Assembly: GCF_003704095.1 (NCBI RefSeq) | Contig: NW_020846775.1 | Location: 372,001 to 436,000 of the forward strand | Length of the DNA: 64,000 nt | Direction of reading: 5' to 3' | Source: Pocillopora damicornis | Lineage: Eukaryota | Shown: piece by piece, positions 25,501-39,100 of the stretch | Position numbering within the stretch: the stretch's first letter is position 1 | Layout: every line of letters begins with the position of its first letter | Program-made: the position numbers and the translations under genes | Notes under the pieces: model-generated | Databases searched by the model: none | What the model was told of the DNA's origin: nothing | What the model saw: only the letters and a program-made list of their open reading frames with translations

Positions 25501-25697
25501 GGTATTTATCATAATACGACATAAAATCATCTAAATCTAGCTCGATAACAATCAAAATAAGTGCAATAACTTTGGAAACAAATTCATTTGTCAAGGCTAT
25601 TGTCAAAATGTTATGCATAGTTAATCAAAGTACTCACTTCGGATTCACCCTTTTTGTCATTGCCCTCGAAGCCATTATCTTCATCGATGATGCTCAT
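16529..25697 (-). CDS. Uncharacterised multi-exon gene (partial model): probable exons 25697-25638, ~25396-25240, ~24082-23564, ~18113-17987, ~17471-17325, ~16659-16529; may extend to ~14000
   Basis: Evidence is an ATG-initiated exon with a GTGAGT donor (MSIIDEDNGFEGNDKKGESE), a 195-codon ORF bounded by a ttcttcag acceptor and a gtacga donor, and several acidic open exons with AG/GT ends. No family recognised. Confidence 0.45.
18641..18758. mobile_element. Small inverted-repeat MITE
   Basis: caattttatccttggttc.aa / ttcgaaccaaggataaaattg inverted arms. A looser relative lies at ~15110-15268. Confidence 0.6.
21915..22125 (-). mobile_element. ~200-bp TTAA-flanked MITE (piggyBac-like CCC...GGG ends)
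   Basis: ttaaccct...agggttaa. The interior is the reverse complement of the copies at 23107, 37027 and 44019. Confidence 0.75.
23107..23311 (+). mobile_element. ~200-bp TTAA MITE family copy
   Basis: Shared core: ttctccttacaatatca...gaaatgatcaccaac...aattctccttgtcagcacctta.gaaatgtat...ggagaat. Confidence 0.75.
24760..25050 (-). mobile_element. Repeat containing a tRNA-derived SINE-like head (24825-24899)
   Basis: The minus strand has an A-box-like tagtccagtgg and a B-box-like ggttctagtcc at tRNA-like spacing, but no complete cloverleaf. Confidence 0.5.
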
Positions 25698-25963
25698 TTA
25701 ACTGGCTAACCTCCTCTTTTGACCTCTTTTACATCGTGTCCAACGATGGAAAATTAAGACCCTTCACAAAAGTCTCACAAGTAATCGGTTTCGAATGGAA
25801 ATAACTTGACACCTTCACCGGTCACCTCGGTCACCTAATCATACCCCTCTGCGCCTGCAAAGCACACCTCCTCCTTCAGCGGTCACGCACGTTTCGCACA
25901 GACTACCGGGTATCGGTACTTAGTCGCCATTTTGGATTACTTGAGTAGCGGTAGTTCTGCGAG

Positions 25964-27594
25964 ATGCTCCGTTGTGTTGCTAGCCGCCTTGTGGTTCCCT
26001 CCATGAGAGGTGCTGCCTCGATGCTGGGTAAGGTTCCTTCATGACTCTAGAATTTGCGAGGAAAGCTAAGAGAATGGGCAACACTAATCGACGCAGTAAT
26101 TCCAGAATACTCAACATAGTCCGATTCTTGACTTCTCATTCTAGTAGTGTTGAATTTTACGATACAGGACTTCAAGCGTCTAAAGATGTACGAGGTTTCT
26201 GAATAACTGACTTATATTCAAATTAGGGTCATATTTTCAGGAGCGGTAGCAACTTAAGTTTTGAGATTACAGGTTTGCGACGAAGAAGGATATTGGGTTT
26301 CCTGCGTGAATTTTTCAAGAAAGTGAATTTTTACTGAAAATGACATGCTGCAATTGATATTAAAACAATTTGCTTAAAACCAGGTGTTACATCGCGAATG
26401 ATGAGCAGCAAACCTAAAGAATCAGATGAAGCGTTTGACAACCGGTGGCACGCTTACTTTTCAAGGCAGGTTTTTTTCTTCAAGTTCACAGTTCAATTTG
26501 CATTGTCTTACTTGTACATGAACAATATGTAAACATTGTTTTAAACAACATTTTAAAAGGAGTAGTTTGAAAATTATTTCTCGACAAATTTTCGTGTTAT
26601 ATTGTCTCAGTTACCAATTTGATTCCAGGAAAATCTTTAAGTGGAAAATTAGTACTTCTTGTGTACAATAAACAGTTGGAAGGCCACTTGGTAAGATTTC
26701 CACACCGCCCTATACTTCATTTAATGAGCAGTTCTTTGATTAATAAAAGAAAAAGTGAAAGGAATCAGTTGCCTTCAGGACTGCTGATTTGTTTTACAAT
26801 GGTATAGGGTTGTGCTGAAATCATAAAGGTCATGTTCCTCCACCTGCTGAACATGTTTTCTTTTTTTTGCCTGAAATGTTCTTTTAGATAACCTTATTAT
26901 GATTACTAAAACTTTTATGGTACATTAAATTGTTGTTATGCATGCATCTCATTGGAGCTGTTTTATATGAAAATTGAAAAAAAGATACAAAAAAAGATTT
27001 GTGCAAAATTACTATTAAAGAGAAAGGTTAACAATTGTACTTAGTGTTCAATCCTTTAAATCCACTTGAAATTTTTGGATCAATATCAGTATCTAGGCAA
27101 CTGCCTACCTACCCCTCCCCTAACCCAACGTTAACCCTAACTTGTTATCAATTGACTGTTGTTGGGTTAGGGGAGGGGTAGGTGGGCAGTTGCCCAGATG
27201 CTGATATTAATCCAAATTTTTTTAGTTTGTTTAATATTTAAAACTTCAAAGTTCTTGCTGGGATTAATGATGTGATGTTTTGCTGAGGAATTTGAAATTC
27301 ATTTCTTTTTAATTATATTTGTCTATTAGACCAGACCTTGATGCTTGGGAGTTGCGTAAAGGACTGAATGAAATCTATGGACATGACTTGGTTCCAGAAC
27401 CCAAGATCATTATTGCAATGCTCCATGCCTGCCGTCGACTTAATGACTTTCCCATGACTGTCAGGGTTCTTGAAGCAGTTTACGATAAAGGTGCTGGAAG
27501 CAATGAAATCTATAACTACATTCTGGGTGAAATCAAACCCACCATGGAAGAATTAGGACTTTCCACCCCTGAAGAGCTTGGTTTGGCCAAATGA
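25964..27594 (+). CDS. COX5A: Cytochrome c oxidase subunit 5A; exons 25964-26027, 26384-26465, 27330-27594
   Basis: An Arg-rich transit peptide is followed by [66 protein letters not shown]...[16 protein letters not shown]. Confidence 0.95.
27077..27213. mobile_element. Hairpin MITE in COX5A intron 2, 8-bp TSD aaattttt
   Basis: Inverted arms of about 50 bp (ggatcaatatcagtatctaggcaactgcctacctacccctcccctaacccaac and its near-complement). Identical 8-mers at 27069-27076 and 27214-27221. Confidence 0.85.
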
Positions 27595-29206
27595 TGCCAA
27601 TTGCAAGGTATACTTAATGGTTTTATATTGTTGGTTTTGTTTGTTTTTGCAGTTTCTAGCACAGTGTTGGGAAGCAGTTTGCCTCCTGCAATTTTTAACC
27701 TGCATGGTGCAATAAAGGCATTCACAGTTTTCTGTTTTTCCAAAGCAAAGGGGTCAGAGGATGGAAGCTCATGTAGATTTTAAAATTGACCTGTAGACTT
27801 TCCCTTGATTTGTTAAAATTGGTAACTGTTGTCACTTGGGTTTTTATACATTTTATGTAGATATAATATGACAAAGATCATGCTAAAAAAGTTGCCTTTC
27901 ACAACTGCGCATTAAGGAAGAGCTGGAAATAGATTGGTGAGGGTTAAAGGAATGTCAGAGGATATTCATGGCCAAGTCCTATTTTTTCATGATGTTATAG
28001 TTTTAGTTCTTGAAAGCAAAAGGTCAAAGTGGGATGTACAACAAAAACTGCTTGTGTAAGTAGTGTTAAAACCCATCTTTGAGCACAGCTTGCTTCCTAC
28101 CAGTTGTTCCCCATAACAGGGTTAAGGAGGAAAATATTTAAAAGATGGTGGTCATTTGGTTTAAGGGTTTGTGGCTTCTTTCATGAACTTAACTAAAACT
28201 TTATTTAAATAATCACCCTTGGATTTAACTTCTAGGTTCTCTGCATGCATTTATGATTCCCAAACGTTGTTAAAACTTTGTTTAGATAATCAGCCCTTAT
28301 TGTTACACACAATTGCATAATGATTTTTAAAGAAAATTCCAGGTTACTTTGTAGTGCAGTGTGTGTAGTTTTTTTTGTTTATGTTACATAATAATTTGCA
28401 GCTTGTGTTCACTGCACTTGAAGATAACAAATTTTGTCAATTAGATATGAGAAAATTTGATTGTTCTTATCTTCCTCCAGATACATGTATTTGTAACTGC
28501 TACAAATTTCACTCCTTTTATTTCCAATTTGAGCTATGAGTAATCCTTTCATTTCTTGTATATTTCAGATCTTGTGTTTGAAGTGGTGCTAGATGCACAT
28601 ACTGACTTTGATGAGAAGTTTTTGAACTGGATTATCTCGTATTGTGTTATAAAATTTTGACATGACATTAAACTTGGCTATGTAATTTTGAAATTTTTGC
28701 ATCACTTGGTGACTCAATACTTTTTTTCTTAAATAGGGTTTGATGTAAACTGTGATAAGACCACCTAGGGTGTATGTAGATTAAATGTACAATGGAACAA
28801 CTTTCTTGTCAGAGTGATTTTGGAAGATGGTTGGTTTAATATTAATAACCCATGACAATAATCATAAAATTCTTTAGTCACAAAGGTTGATAAAGAGTCC
28901 CTAGATGAGATGGCCCCAATGACCCGCAGTGATTGACTGATTTTTCACACACCTTGTCACTTCAATCAGTTTTGTGCAATTTGCCTTACCTACCCTGTGA
29001 TTGGATACAACAAGAGAAGGGGGTGGTCTTTGGACAGTATAAACTCTTGGTAGCTTAAAAATGTTAATGATTATTGAAAAGCTCTCATTACAGGGGACTT
29101 TTGCCCCATGGAGGCTTCTTGAGTTTGTGAAATTCCCACTAACACGGGGACAGGCAAAAACAACAGGTTTTTTCCCAAAACTTGGTACAATTACACCATT
29201 TCTTCT

Positions 29207-29415
29207 TAACCATTAACTCCCATGAGTGATCAAGACATAATTTTTCCTTGCAATATCAATACAACAAAGAGACAAAAGTGATGAGAATTGAGAAAAATGT
29301 CAATTAAGGGAATATTTGTTGATCTGATTACAAATTCTCTGAACTTATTTCATAAGAATTGTATGGTAGACAAAAAGGAGAATTACTAATGAGATCATGG
29401 GAGTGAAATGGTAAA
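29207..29415 (+). mobile_element. ~200-bp TTAA-type MITE copy
   Basis: ttaaccattaactcccatgagtgatcaaga...gagatcatgggagtgaaatggtaa inverted ends. Confidence 0.65.
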
Positions 29416-30113
29416 ATCATACTTCCAAAACAAGGTGATATTGTGGAGCCCTATTACAGAAACTTAAAATAATGCAGCAGTAGAGGAGAAAAGAACATGA
29501 ATATTCAACAATTTCATTCTTTGTAGTTTCCTTGTTTGTAATGGCAAATGATCAGAATGATTGCTCATTCTGTTGAACCATTGAGTGCCTTCACATTCAG
29601 TTTCAAATTCATGCGAGTACATGAATATATGAAGAGGGAGAGAAATTTACAAAGGTGTTGAGGATATTTACCACTCATCTAACGTTACGTATTCAAGTGT
29701 GCAAAGGTGTATCTAAGGAGGGTAGTAGGGAGCATATGACACCCTATACCCTTTTTCGAATAAAAAAAAAGAGACCATTTCAGAAGATTAACACATGGCA
29801 TGCTAATGGTTCCTGTAAGGTGTTAGTGTAGAACCTCCAATCCCATCCCCTCTGAAAATGAAAAATCCCATTCATACCTTCATGAGTATCACTGTATTTA
29901 TTTTGGTAAGAGTGTTTTTATTGATATTAGCATAACACCCATTTTAGACGAGTCAGTGACAATTGTGAAGGTACAACAACTCAGTTGATAAAGCTGGCAT
30001 TAGGTTTACAATATGATTTTTAGGCTGTCTGGCTAAACTCAATACCATAACTGGCTTATTTTGTTAGTCTCTAACATAACCGCCGCTGAAAAAAGGAGAC
30101 ATTTGGAATGTTC

Positions 30114-33100
30114 TCACAATGGTGGAGCTTTTAAAGGATTCATTGGCTTCGCCTCGGATGAACGGGATCTCTCTTCCACTGGAAAAAAAAAAAAAAAAAT
30201 AAGAGCACTTGGCGTTAATCAGAGAAAAACCTTGCACGAGAAGTTCATACTTTCCCGAATTCGTTCAACAAGAGGCAGATCACAAAGCAGTCGGATGGTT
30301 TTCCCATTTATTTGAATTTTGTAACTTAAACGTCGTATAGTGCCCTTTGTGCTTAGTCTGTCACTTTCTGAATTGATGGTGTTAAAAAAACAGTATTAAG
30401 ACCTAAAGCTACCTGGGATCCAGGTCTCCAAACTTCCATCTTCACTTTCTCCTCCAGCATTTCCATCGCCGCTTCCGCTACCAGCCTCAGTTGAGGGAGT
30501 CGACGATGTAAGGTCACCAGACTCCTCTTGATCTACCCCAGCTCCCCTGGAGGCTGAAGATGACCTTTCACCCTCCCCACTTCCGCTTCCAGTCTCCTGA
30601 TCAATTCCCGGCCCGTCTGTTTTGTGAGAAGTTGGCTTGGTAGGTGACACATCGCCCGATCCAGATCCAACTTCTGATTCCGCCTCCCCCGAGCCAGATT
30701 CTCCGTCAGGTCCTGATCCCGAACCGGAACCTGCTTCGATTGTTTTCTCATTCTTGACCTTTTTATCTGATGAGGGGATAAAGCAGTTTGCAGCTTTTCA
30801 CGTCATTACTTATTAAAATGTTCGAAGAAACATCTTCTGATACATTCTAAAGTCGTGTATCAATTATGTATGGACGATAAAACAAAACAAAACAAGAAAT
30901 GTTGAAATCGCTACGATGCAGGTTCAGTTCGCCAAAAAACGCGTGAATGCGAAGAATCTACTGGTTGCGAACCTGCTGGTACACGAAATTAAAAAGTGGT
31001 TTAGGATACTTTATGTAAGGGCGCAGAAATTCGAACCTGCTCCCCCCTTCTTGAAGAAGCGCAATTACGTCCTTACACGCCTCTCGTAAGAAGCTCGCGC
31101 TCCTTTCTCCAAGAGCGGCTGGTGATCGAGTCTACTAGTCTGTTCCATGGCGACCACACCCATCGGTAAGATGTGACAGAAAGTGCTCATAAACTTTTCA
31201 TGTGAGTCAACTGTTTTAACTACTCTACAATTTAAAGTTTTTGGCACTTGACTACCTTGAACACATTTGTCTCCTTCTTTGTGAGATCCTTGAGTACATA
31301 TACAGTCATACTTCACTGCGGTACAAACTCCTCCACCCCTACAACCACGAGCGCACTTACTATCTGTGGGGAAACGTATGAGACCCTTAGTTTAAAAACA
31401 AACAAAACATTTAAAACATTTTTCTCACGTAAGGTCCAACTATATATATAAGTTGAGGAAAATCTTGGAATCTTTTAGTAATGGCTGCAGTAATCAGCAT
31501 TTTTAATTTGTAAAGCCGTGAATTGGTTTGCGAAAGTTAATTTCACAGAGTTTTGCCACGACACACAGATAAATCTTACTTCCTATGGAGGCAGGGGAGT
31601 GAACAGCGAAATGTGAATCTTAACTTTATTTCTAGCTCCCAGATAACCAGAGATGTTAGATGACAAAGTTTTCCCTAAACGAAAGAATGCGGCTTTAAAT
31701 TCGAAGATACAGAATTGGGGACGAAAAAGTTAAAGGTCATGGGTAGGTGGAGATCCCCGGTTCCGAGATTGCAGGGGATGGAAAATATCAAGAATGAAGA
31801 TTTCAGGGAGTTGGAAGTACGTGCGAAATGAGGAGGATTGAATATACTCGAATAAGATACTACGGAATTCCCGAGCGGGTGGGCTCCGTACAGCAAAAGA
31901 AAATAAACACTCACTTGTTTCAACGTAAAGGCTGACATCATAAGATATTTTCCCCAACTTGTTCTCAGCGGCACATGTGAATTTCCCCTCGTCCTCCATG
32001 CGAGGATCAAATATTATAAGAGACCCCTCCCTCGTGATGTGGAACCTCTTTCCCACGAGCACCAGGGAGCCTTCCAAGGTAACTTGGAAGCCTGACTCCT
32101 CAGGGCTACCCTTAATCAACAAACCATCTTTGTACCAATTGATTTCAGGTGTTGGTGTTCCCTTCGCTCGGCATTTTAGCACCACTGGTTTTAGCGGCTC
32201 CGTGGCGTCAACTGCTGACGGATACACGGTAAACTGGGGACGAACTGTGAACAAGTCAAAGTGCTATTTTTTTAAAGACCGCTGGGGGTCGATAGGGCAC
32301 CAAAGAAAGAAGACGAGCGAGTGACAAAAGGGGCCAGAGATAGCATGTGGGAAAACTTCATTTACTTAATGATGAAGGAAAGTAAAAGAGAGTAACAGCA
32401 ATTGGCAAATAAAAGCATTACAATTACACTTACAGAATTTTATTGTATTATAATCTTACCTCCATTGATAACCGTAGCGTAACTGGCTCCTAATCCAGCC
32501 TCGTTCTGAGCAACGCAGACGTACTCCCCCAAGTCCTCCTCGGCCAAGCCGTAGACCGTCAGTAGACCGAGGGGGTTAGGGACACGATACTGATCAGCTT
32601 CCAGTTTAACACCCCTCAACATCCAGTGATATGTGGCGCCCATATTTGCATGGCAATGAATTTCAACATTTTGTCCGAGAATGGCGAGGATTTGCTTCGG
32701 GTACACTGCAACTTTGAAAGTACCTGCAAAATAATTAATGGCACTCAGACTCATGCAACTTACTTTATTTTCAGCTTACTATTTGGTTAATACACGATGA
32801 CCTGACCAGGTCATATGTTGTCACTTGATTCTCGCCGTGCCTCTCTCCAGTCTCCACCCAGGAGAAAAAAAGAGTACCGGAAAACTGTCAGGAAAAACCT
32901 GACGCGGGGAGGGGTGGGGGAAGGGGGTAAGAGAGTAACCTACGGTGGGTTAACAGCATCCTATTTTAGGGAAATGGCAACACCCCTAATCGCATCATGT
33001 TTTGGAAACCGGGAGAAGCCCCGGCCAAGTGAGCCACGTGGCTCCATATATATGATGAGTTTGATTTAATTGCTAGCAACTTTAGAAGTTACTATTGTTC

Positions 33101-36100
33101 ACTAAGGTGAAACAGCGACAGCCTTTTTCCATCGCGATAGGCTAGATTGTTTCACAGAAAGTTCTTCGCAAAATAAACTCGTTCCAAATTTAGAGACTTT
33201 TCAATTGAAATACCCGTGTGTTGTATGTATGATAGATAGCCTGTGTTTATTCCTTAGCTATGGGCACTCACCGCATACGAAGTCGCTATCCCTCAGTTTT
33301 GTCACCGTGGCCCCCGTCAAGTGGGCGGGAGTGGCACACGTAATGTCATCTAATTTTCTTTCAAGTAACCAGGCCTTCAACCAACGTGCGTTGCAATCAC
33401 AGTGGAGACCACTCCCTCTCGTCTTAGCCGCACTGGGTTTCAGAGACACGCGGTAAGCCTCTGGGACATCCCACAACCTAATGGGTAAAACAGACATTGG
33501 CTATCATCGATGATACATGGGTGGAAAAACTCTAACCAGTGTGGGATCAACAAGAAGGTGGGAATTGGAGATGAGTTCCGTAAGAACAAGGGAATATTGT
33601 ACATGATCGGTTCTTTTGTTTAAACAATCACGTAAGAAGCGCAAATACCTGGGGCTCTTTAAGCGTTTCATTGAATAAGACTCCCTCTTAAACTCCCAAC
33701 CTTATATAAATAAGTGAGCGGGAATTAATATCGACATGATTAATTTGTTTCCTGAATTTTGACATTCTTGAGGCGTGTTCTTAAAAAAAAACTTATTGTC
33801 AAGGGCAAATATAAAAAGACTTTTAAGTATATCGTTCTTTAGACTAAAGGACAGAGTTCATAACTAGATAAATCATACTTACAGTCTTGTTATTCTCTTG
33901 AAATGATCGAATGTTCCTTTACCGACATACGAAATATTGTTGAAGTAAAGATGTCTAAGCGGAGAGGAAAACAAAAATATCTTACAAAGACAAGGAATCT
34001 ACCGCTAAGGCAATGTTTACTTTTCATAATTTTTAAAGGTGGGTTGGGCTTGTGTAGCTTCCTACGCAAGCGTTACTTTTCTTGAAACGAGGGATGGCGT
34101 GATGAGATCAAGAGGGGCGTGCAAAGTTGGTTGGGAAGGTTACGTCACAGTTAATTATAGGACATGACTTTGTGCCTTGAATTCTAAATCCATTTAGTAC
34201 CTCTAAGCCAGTGAGGAAAATTCTCGTTTAATCAAGCGAGTAAAATGGGTCTAAATTGTTCAGACTCCAAACTGAGGGGAGACTGCGAAGAAACTCAATC
34301 TCGATTCCAGTGCTTTCTACTATTGCGCATGACTGGCCCTTTGGACCAAGTACAGTGAAACCGGGGGTCTGGGTGCGAGAATGGAAGAGGCAAATCTAAT
34401 TAAGTCGCTTAGCGGCGGATTTGAACATGGGATCTTAAGACTTTCAGTCCAGCGACAAAAACTATTGGGTTCTACTGCTGCCGATCTACCGCATCTTCAG
34501 GGAATTCCCTCAAGGCCTCAATCGAGGCATCCCTTTACTTTTACAGCTGTTTCAGGTGCTTCCTGACAAGAAATGCAGGGCACCCCTTGGGATGGAAGGG
34601 GGGGAGAGGAAGCACCAAGTACACTTACATATCTTTGAGATTTGAAAGGCCATAAAATGTCTTGTGATTAAGAAGAGTGAGACGATTTGCATCGAGATTT
34701 CTAGAAAAGAATAAAGTAGAAGTGTGAAATTCTTTTACTCTCTTAAACTGAAAAAAAGGAAAAATACATTTTTGGTTCTGTGAGAAAAATTAGAGGACAA
34801 GTCTTGAACAAAATTCCGTTATATTCCCGTTCTGCGTTCATTTTTCTACTATATTGTGATTTAAATTGTGATTAAATCTCTTTCCTTGCCAATCTTCGCC
34901 AAAGGAACGACCCTGAAGAGGCTGATTCGTGGTCCTGTCTGTATCCATTAGGATGAGGACATTCCTTACACCGTCACAAAATTGAGTGGATGTAAATAAT
35001 GGCGGAAATCTTTCATCTGCACAATACCTTAACTTACAAGTATTTATTTCTAATATGAAAGAACTTATCATAGGGAAGTCTGTCACACAGTAATTGTGGT
35101 CAAATCAAAGACAAAAGAAAAGCAAACAGAGACATGGAACAAAACAATATTTAAAAACAACAACAACACCCAATAATTGAGTTGCCTTCTAAACTTACAA
35201 CACGTTCAGACGTCCAAGATGGCGGAATGCTTCGTCTGCGACGTAGGAGATGGTGTTGATACCAAGGTGGCTGCAGAAAAAAAAAGGAAACGACAACCTC
35301 AGATCAGACTGACTGTTTGCCATCTGGAAAAGTGCTTTGTCATGTTTTTACCAAAAAATAAATGTATTCTCCTTAGAAAATTAGGTTCTAAGCCAGTGCA
35401 ACTTAAATTGGAGGAGTACATTTATTTAACAAATTGTGTAAAGTCCACCCATGAAATATCATCTGAAACGTCTCATAATAGTTTTCCTTTCTGATTCTTT
35501 CTACACCTGACTTCAGTCCGCGAAATATTCAACTCGACTGGAAAAATATCACAATCTAATCATTCCCATGAAGGGCAATCTTACTTGTCAATCCTACGCG
35601 GCCCCCTAAGTTCTTAAAGTCGTCATTCTTCATGTAAGATCGGTTTCGTGTACTTTTTTACTATTATAGAAATGTTTAATTCGTAAGAAGGTCACAAAGT
35701 ACAATTAAAACGTCGAATGAAACAAACAATTATTCGACTTACAGGACACTCAGATGTCTCAGATCCTCAAACATGTTGTCAGGAATAACGGAGAGGAGAT
35801 TGGAGTACAGATACCTGGGAAACAAAATTCATTACACTTCATTTGGAGGGTGTCAAAATATCACTAAGTTTTCCAAACTCTACCAAACCCTCTTTTAAGC
35901 ATATTAACCACACCCTTGGAATTAACTAAATCTCGAAAATAATCCGGGACTGCATAGATTGTGCTTAACTTCATTCTGTGATTGGTCAAAAAAAACTCGC
36001 GCCACTCTCTCAACCAGTCAGATGCAAAACTAAAACCAACCACGACATGGTCGCCCGCGTTTTCCCGCGCTTTAGGCAGTTTGGTTGTAGTTACTTTGAA

Positions 36101-39100
36101 TTCCCAGTGACTCTTCTGGTTGGTCGTTGTGATAACTTTGGTTTGGTTTTATGACACTCAATCGAAAAGAGCTCTTTACTATGGTTCAGATTCAAATACA
36201 AACTGGCAAATCCAAAACTCTTAATATCGAAAAAGTCAAACAAAATTTCTGAGAACCAAACAGTAACGTTGATTCGATTTGTCGGCGCATACTTAGGTTT
36301 GGTCCCAAATGTTTGAACACGTCGCAAAGGACGACCTTCGAAAGAGACTGACCATTCAAATTTGTTCTACCGCGGAATGTGACAGAACTTCGTGTTTGAG
36401 CGCGATGCAATACCTGAAGTTAAATTGAGCGAAGTACTTACAATAATCGTAATTTCTTGGTGGCTGAGAAAGACCATGGCTCAATTTTAGAGATTCGGTT
36501 TCGTTGTAGATAGCTATGGAAGAAAATATAATCGCGAGTTAGTGATAGCTAGTCACTAAAAATACTGGCGCTGAGGCACAAAAATCGAAACCGAAAAAAA
36601 AATGCATACGAAAGAAAAAAATTATTGAAAGAGATTTTGCCAAAAAGACCTCTTGATAAAATTTTGACGGAATAAATGGTTCAACCTTGAGAATTTTCCT
36701 CCACGGTCTATCTTTCGCCTTACTCAAGTTTGAAAAGTTTCCGTTTTAAAGAGAAATTTTTTCATATCATTTAGCTGATCATTTGGTGTTCATGACTTAC
36801 AGTTCCTCGAGGTTCTCAAGTCCAACAATAGTTTTCTGAAGAATTGCGGAAATCTTGTTGTCAAAAAGTGACCTACGGAAATTAAAAGAAAGTCGTGGTG
36901 TCTTAACGCTGCGATAGCTCAGTACAATTCTACATGATGGTATAAGAAAATACACCACACTATCAGCCTCTCAGTGTTTCTTTGGAACAATTATTTTATC
37001 GATGTCAAAAGAAAATCTTAACTCATTGACCCCTTGGAGTGACAAACATCTAAATTCTCCTTTCAATATCAATCCTGAATCAAACATTAAGGTCGCAAAA
37101 ATAAAAGAAATGATCACCAACTAAACAAGCCCTTGATTGTTAAACAAATTCTCCTTGTCAGCACCTTAGTAAATGTATAGAGAACAGTATGGAGAATGCA
37201 CATACTGATGTTAGGGTGTCAATCATTTTCTGAAACTCATTAAGTAGTTTCGATATCCCAACTCTCACCACAGAGCCGAAGTACTTACAGAATTTTGAGA
37301 TACAGCAGTCGTGAAAAGGCACCATTTTCAATGACTGAAATCTGATTTCTAAAAAGGTATCTGCAAGATTGGGGAGAGAACCAAGGAATTAGCAACAAGG
37401 TTATGTCAATTTAAATCGTAGCCACTCATACTCTTTTTTGAGACATTGGAGAAGTAGCTTTGGTGTAAAGGGTTATAAGAGAAACTTCAAATTCTTGGCA
37501 AGACTTCTTCTTGCTTTTTGAAAAACTTTCTCGCTATTAGGAGGAGACCTCCATCTTGTCAAACCCGAACGTGATTGATTAGTAAAGTTAAGATTGTATG
37601 GCTTACAGTGAAGTAAGAGAGTAGACATCAGCAAAGAGGTACGCTCCAATCTTTGTAATCTGGTTTTGGCTTAGGGACCTAAAAAGGAATTTGGCAGTTA
37701 GAATAACAAATACTGAGTAAAAACATTTGACATTACAGGTCGACCAAGTAATCAACATTAAGAATTATTTTTTCGGATTACAAGTTTATTGAGGAACATT
37801 TCCTACTTTCTCAAGTAGTTTGCAGTTGTTGGGGGGAGGGGGGAGAGGGAGTCAGGGGTTCCCCCGTCAGCTTACCCTAAAGACCCTGCCTTAGAGGCTT
37901 CTTTCTTTCCCTGACTCCAAAAAGACCATCACATCTTCATGATGAAGTGAATATGGAATTAATTGAATACGCGAATGATTTTGTCCAAAATAATAGCTTC
38001 TTAGACTACTAGTTTAGCATTTAGATATCGATAAAGCACGTTCACTTAGGTTATCGCTACAAAGCCCCTCGAAAACATGGTGGTTAAGGACAAAAGTTTT
38101 TGCGCCCGCGGTGGTCTTTCCATTTTCAGCGGTTTAATATTACTACGCGAAGAAATTCCCGGATCACCTCACTAACTGCAAAAACTCGTTCAGTTATCAT
38201 GAAACTCGCTTGTTAAAAGACACATTACGTCGATTCTTTATCATAATACTCTCGACCATGACTTTCTTTATCAATGGCTGGGTCGGTAATATACTTACAA
38301 TGATCTAAGACGATGTAGACCAAGAAATGCCCCATCTTCTATAGAACCGATCAAATTTGCACTCAGATCCCTTCAACAAAAAGAGAGTAAACGATTTTTG
38401 TTCTGACAGGTTCACAAAAGTAGATTGAAAGAGGAAGTGACCCGTAATATTACCAAGATAAATACCTATCATGTTTTCATAACCAAAATTAATCTCAAAT
38501 ATTATTTATGAGATATCTATACTGAAAGCAATCATTATCCCAGAGGCACAGTTCCAAGCCACGTCGCAGCCTGAAATTCTCTCAGGAATTGTTTTCTCTT
38601 GTTACTTGAATTATAATCTTCACTGAATTCTAGGTAAAAAACTGTGTTGACATTAGCCTAAATATAGCGTCTTCGTGCGAATGCCATGTTAACTAGCTTC
38701 ATAGAACGATAACAATAATATGTCGCATGAATAAGTAAAAAAACAACAGAAGCGGTGACATGAATGAAGGCTCAACAAGCTCACTTACAATGCATCCAGT
38801 TGATTCAGTCCATCAAACGCAGCATACTGAAGGGTAGTAAGCTTGTTCTTAGCAAGATTCCTTTGCGATGGTAAAAATTAAGGTATTTCAATCTGCTTTC
38901 ACTGTAATATCAGGTTGTTCATAACAGAGCACAATGAAATTCACTCAACAAAAAACCATCTTAAAAGCATTTAACAACGATTACAAATTCATGTTATAGT
39001 TCAGAAATATTTTAAAGCGGTATCAAAAATTCTAGAAGAGAAATTGAATTTGGCAATTCAATCTAATTTAAAGAGACACTATCTTATTGGTTCACGTGAT

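Noticed and set aside
34997-35085. Additional LRR exon
   Set aside because: The AG/GT-bounded stretch is not 72 nt and lacks the LxxNxI pattern.
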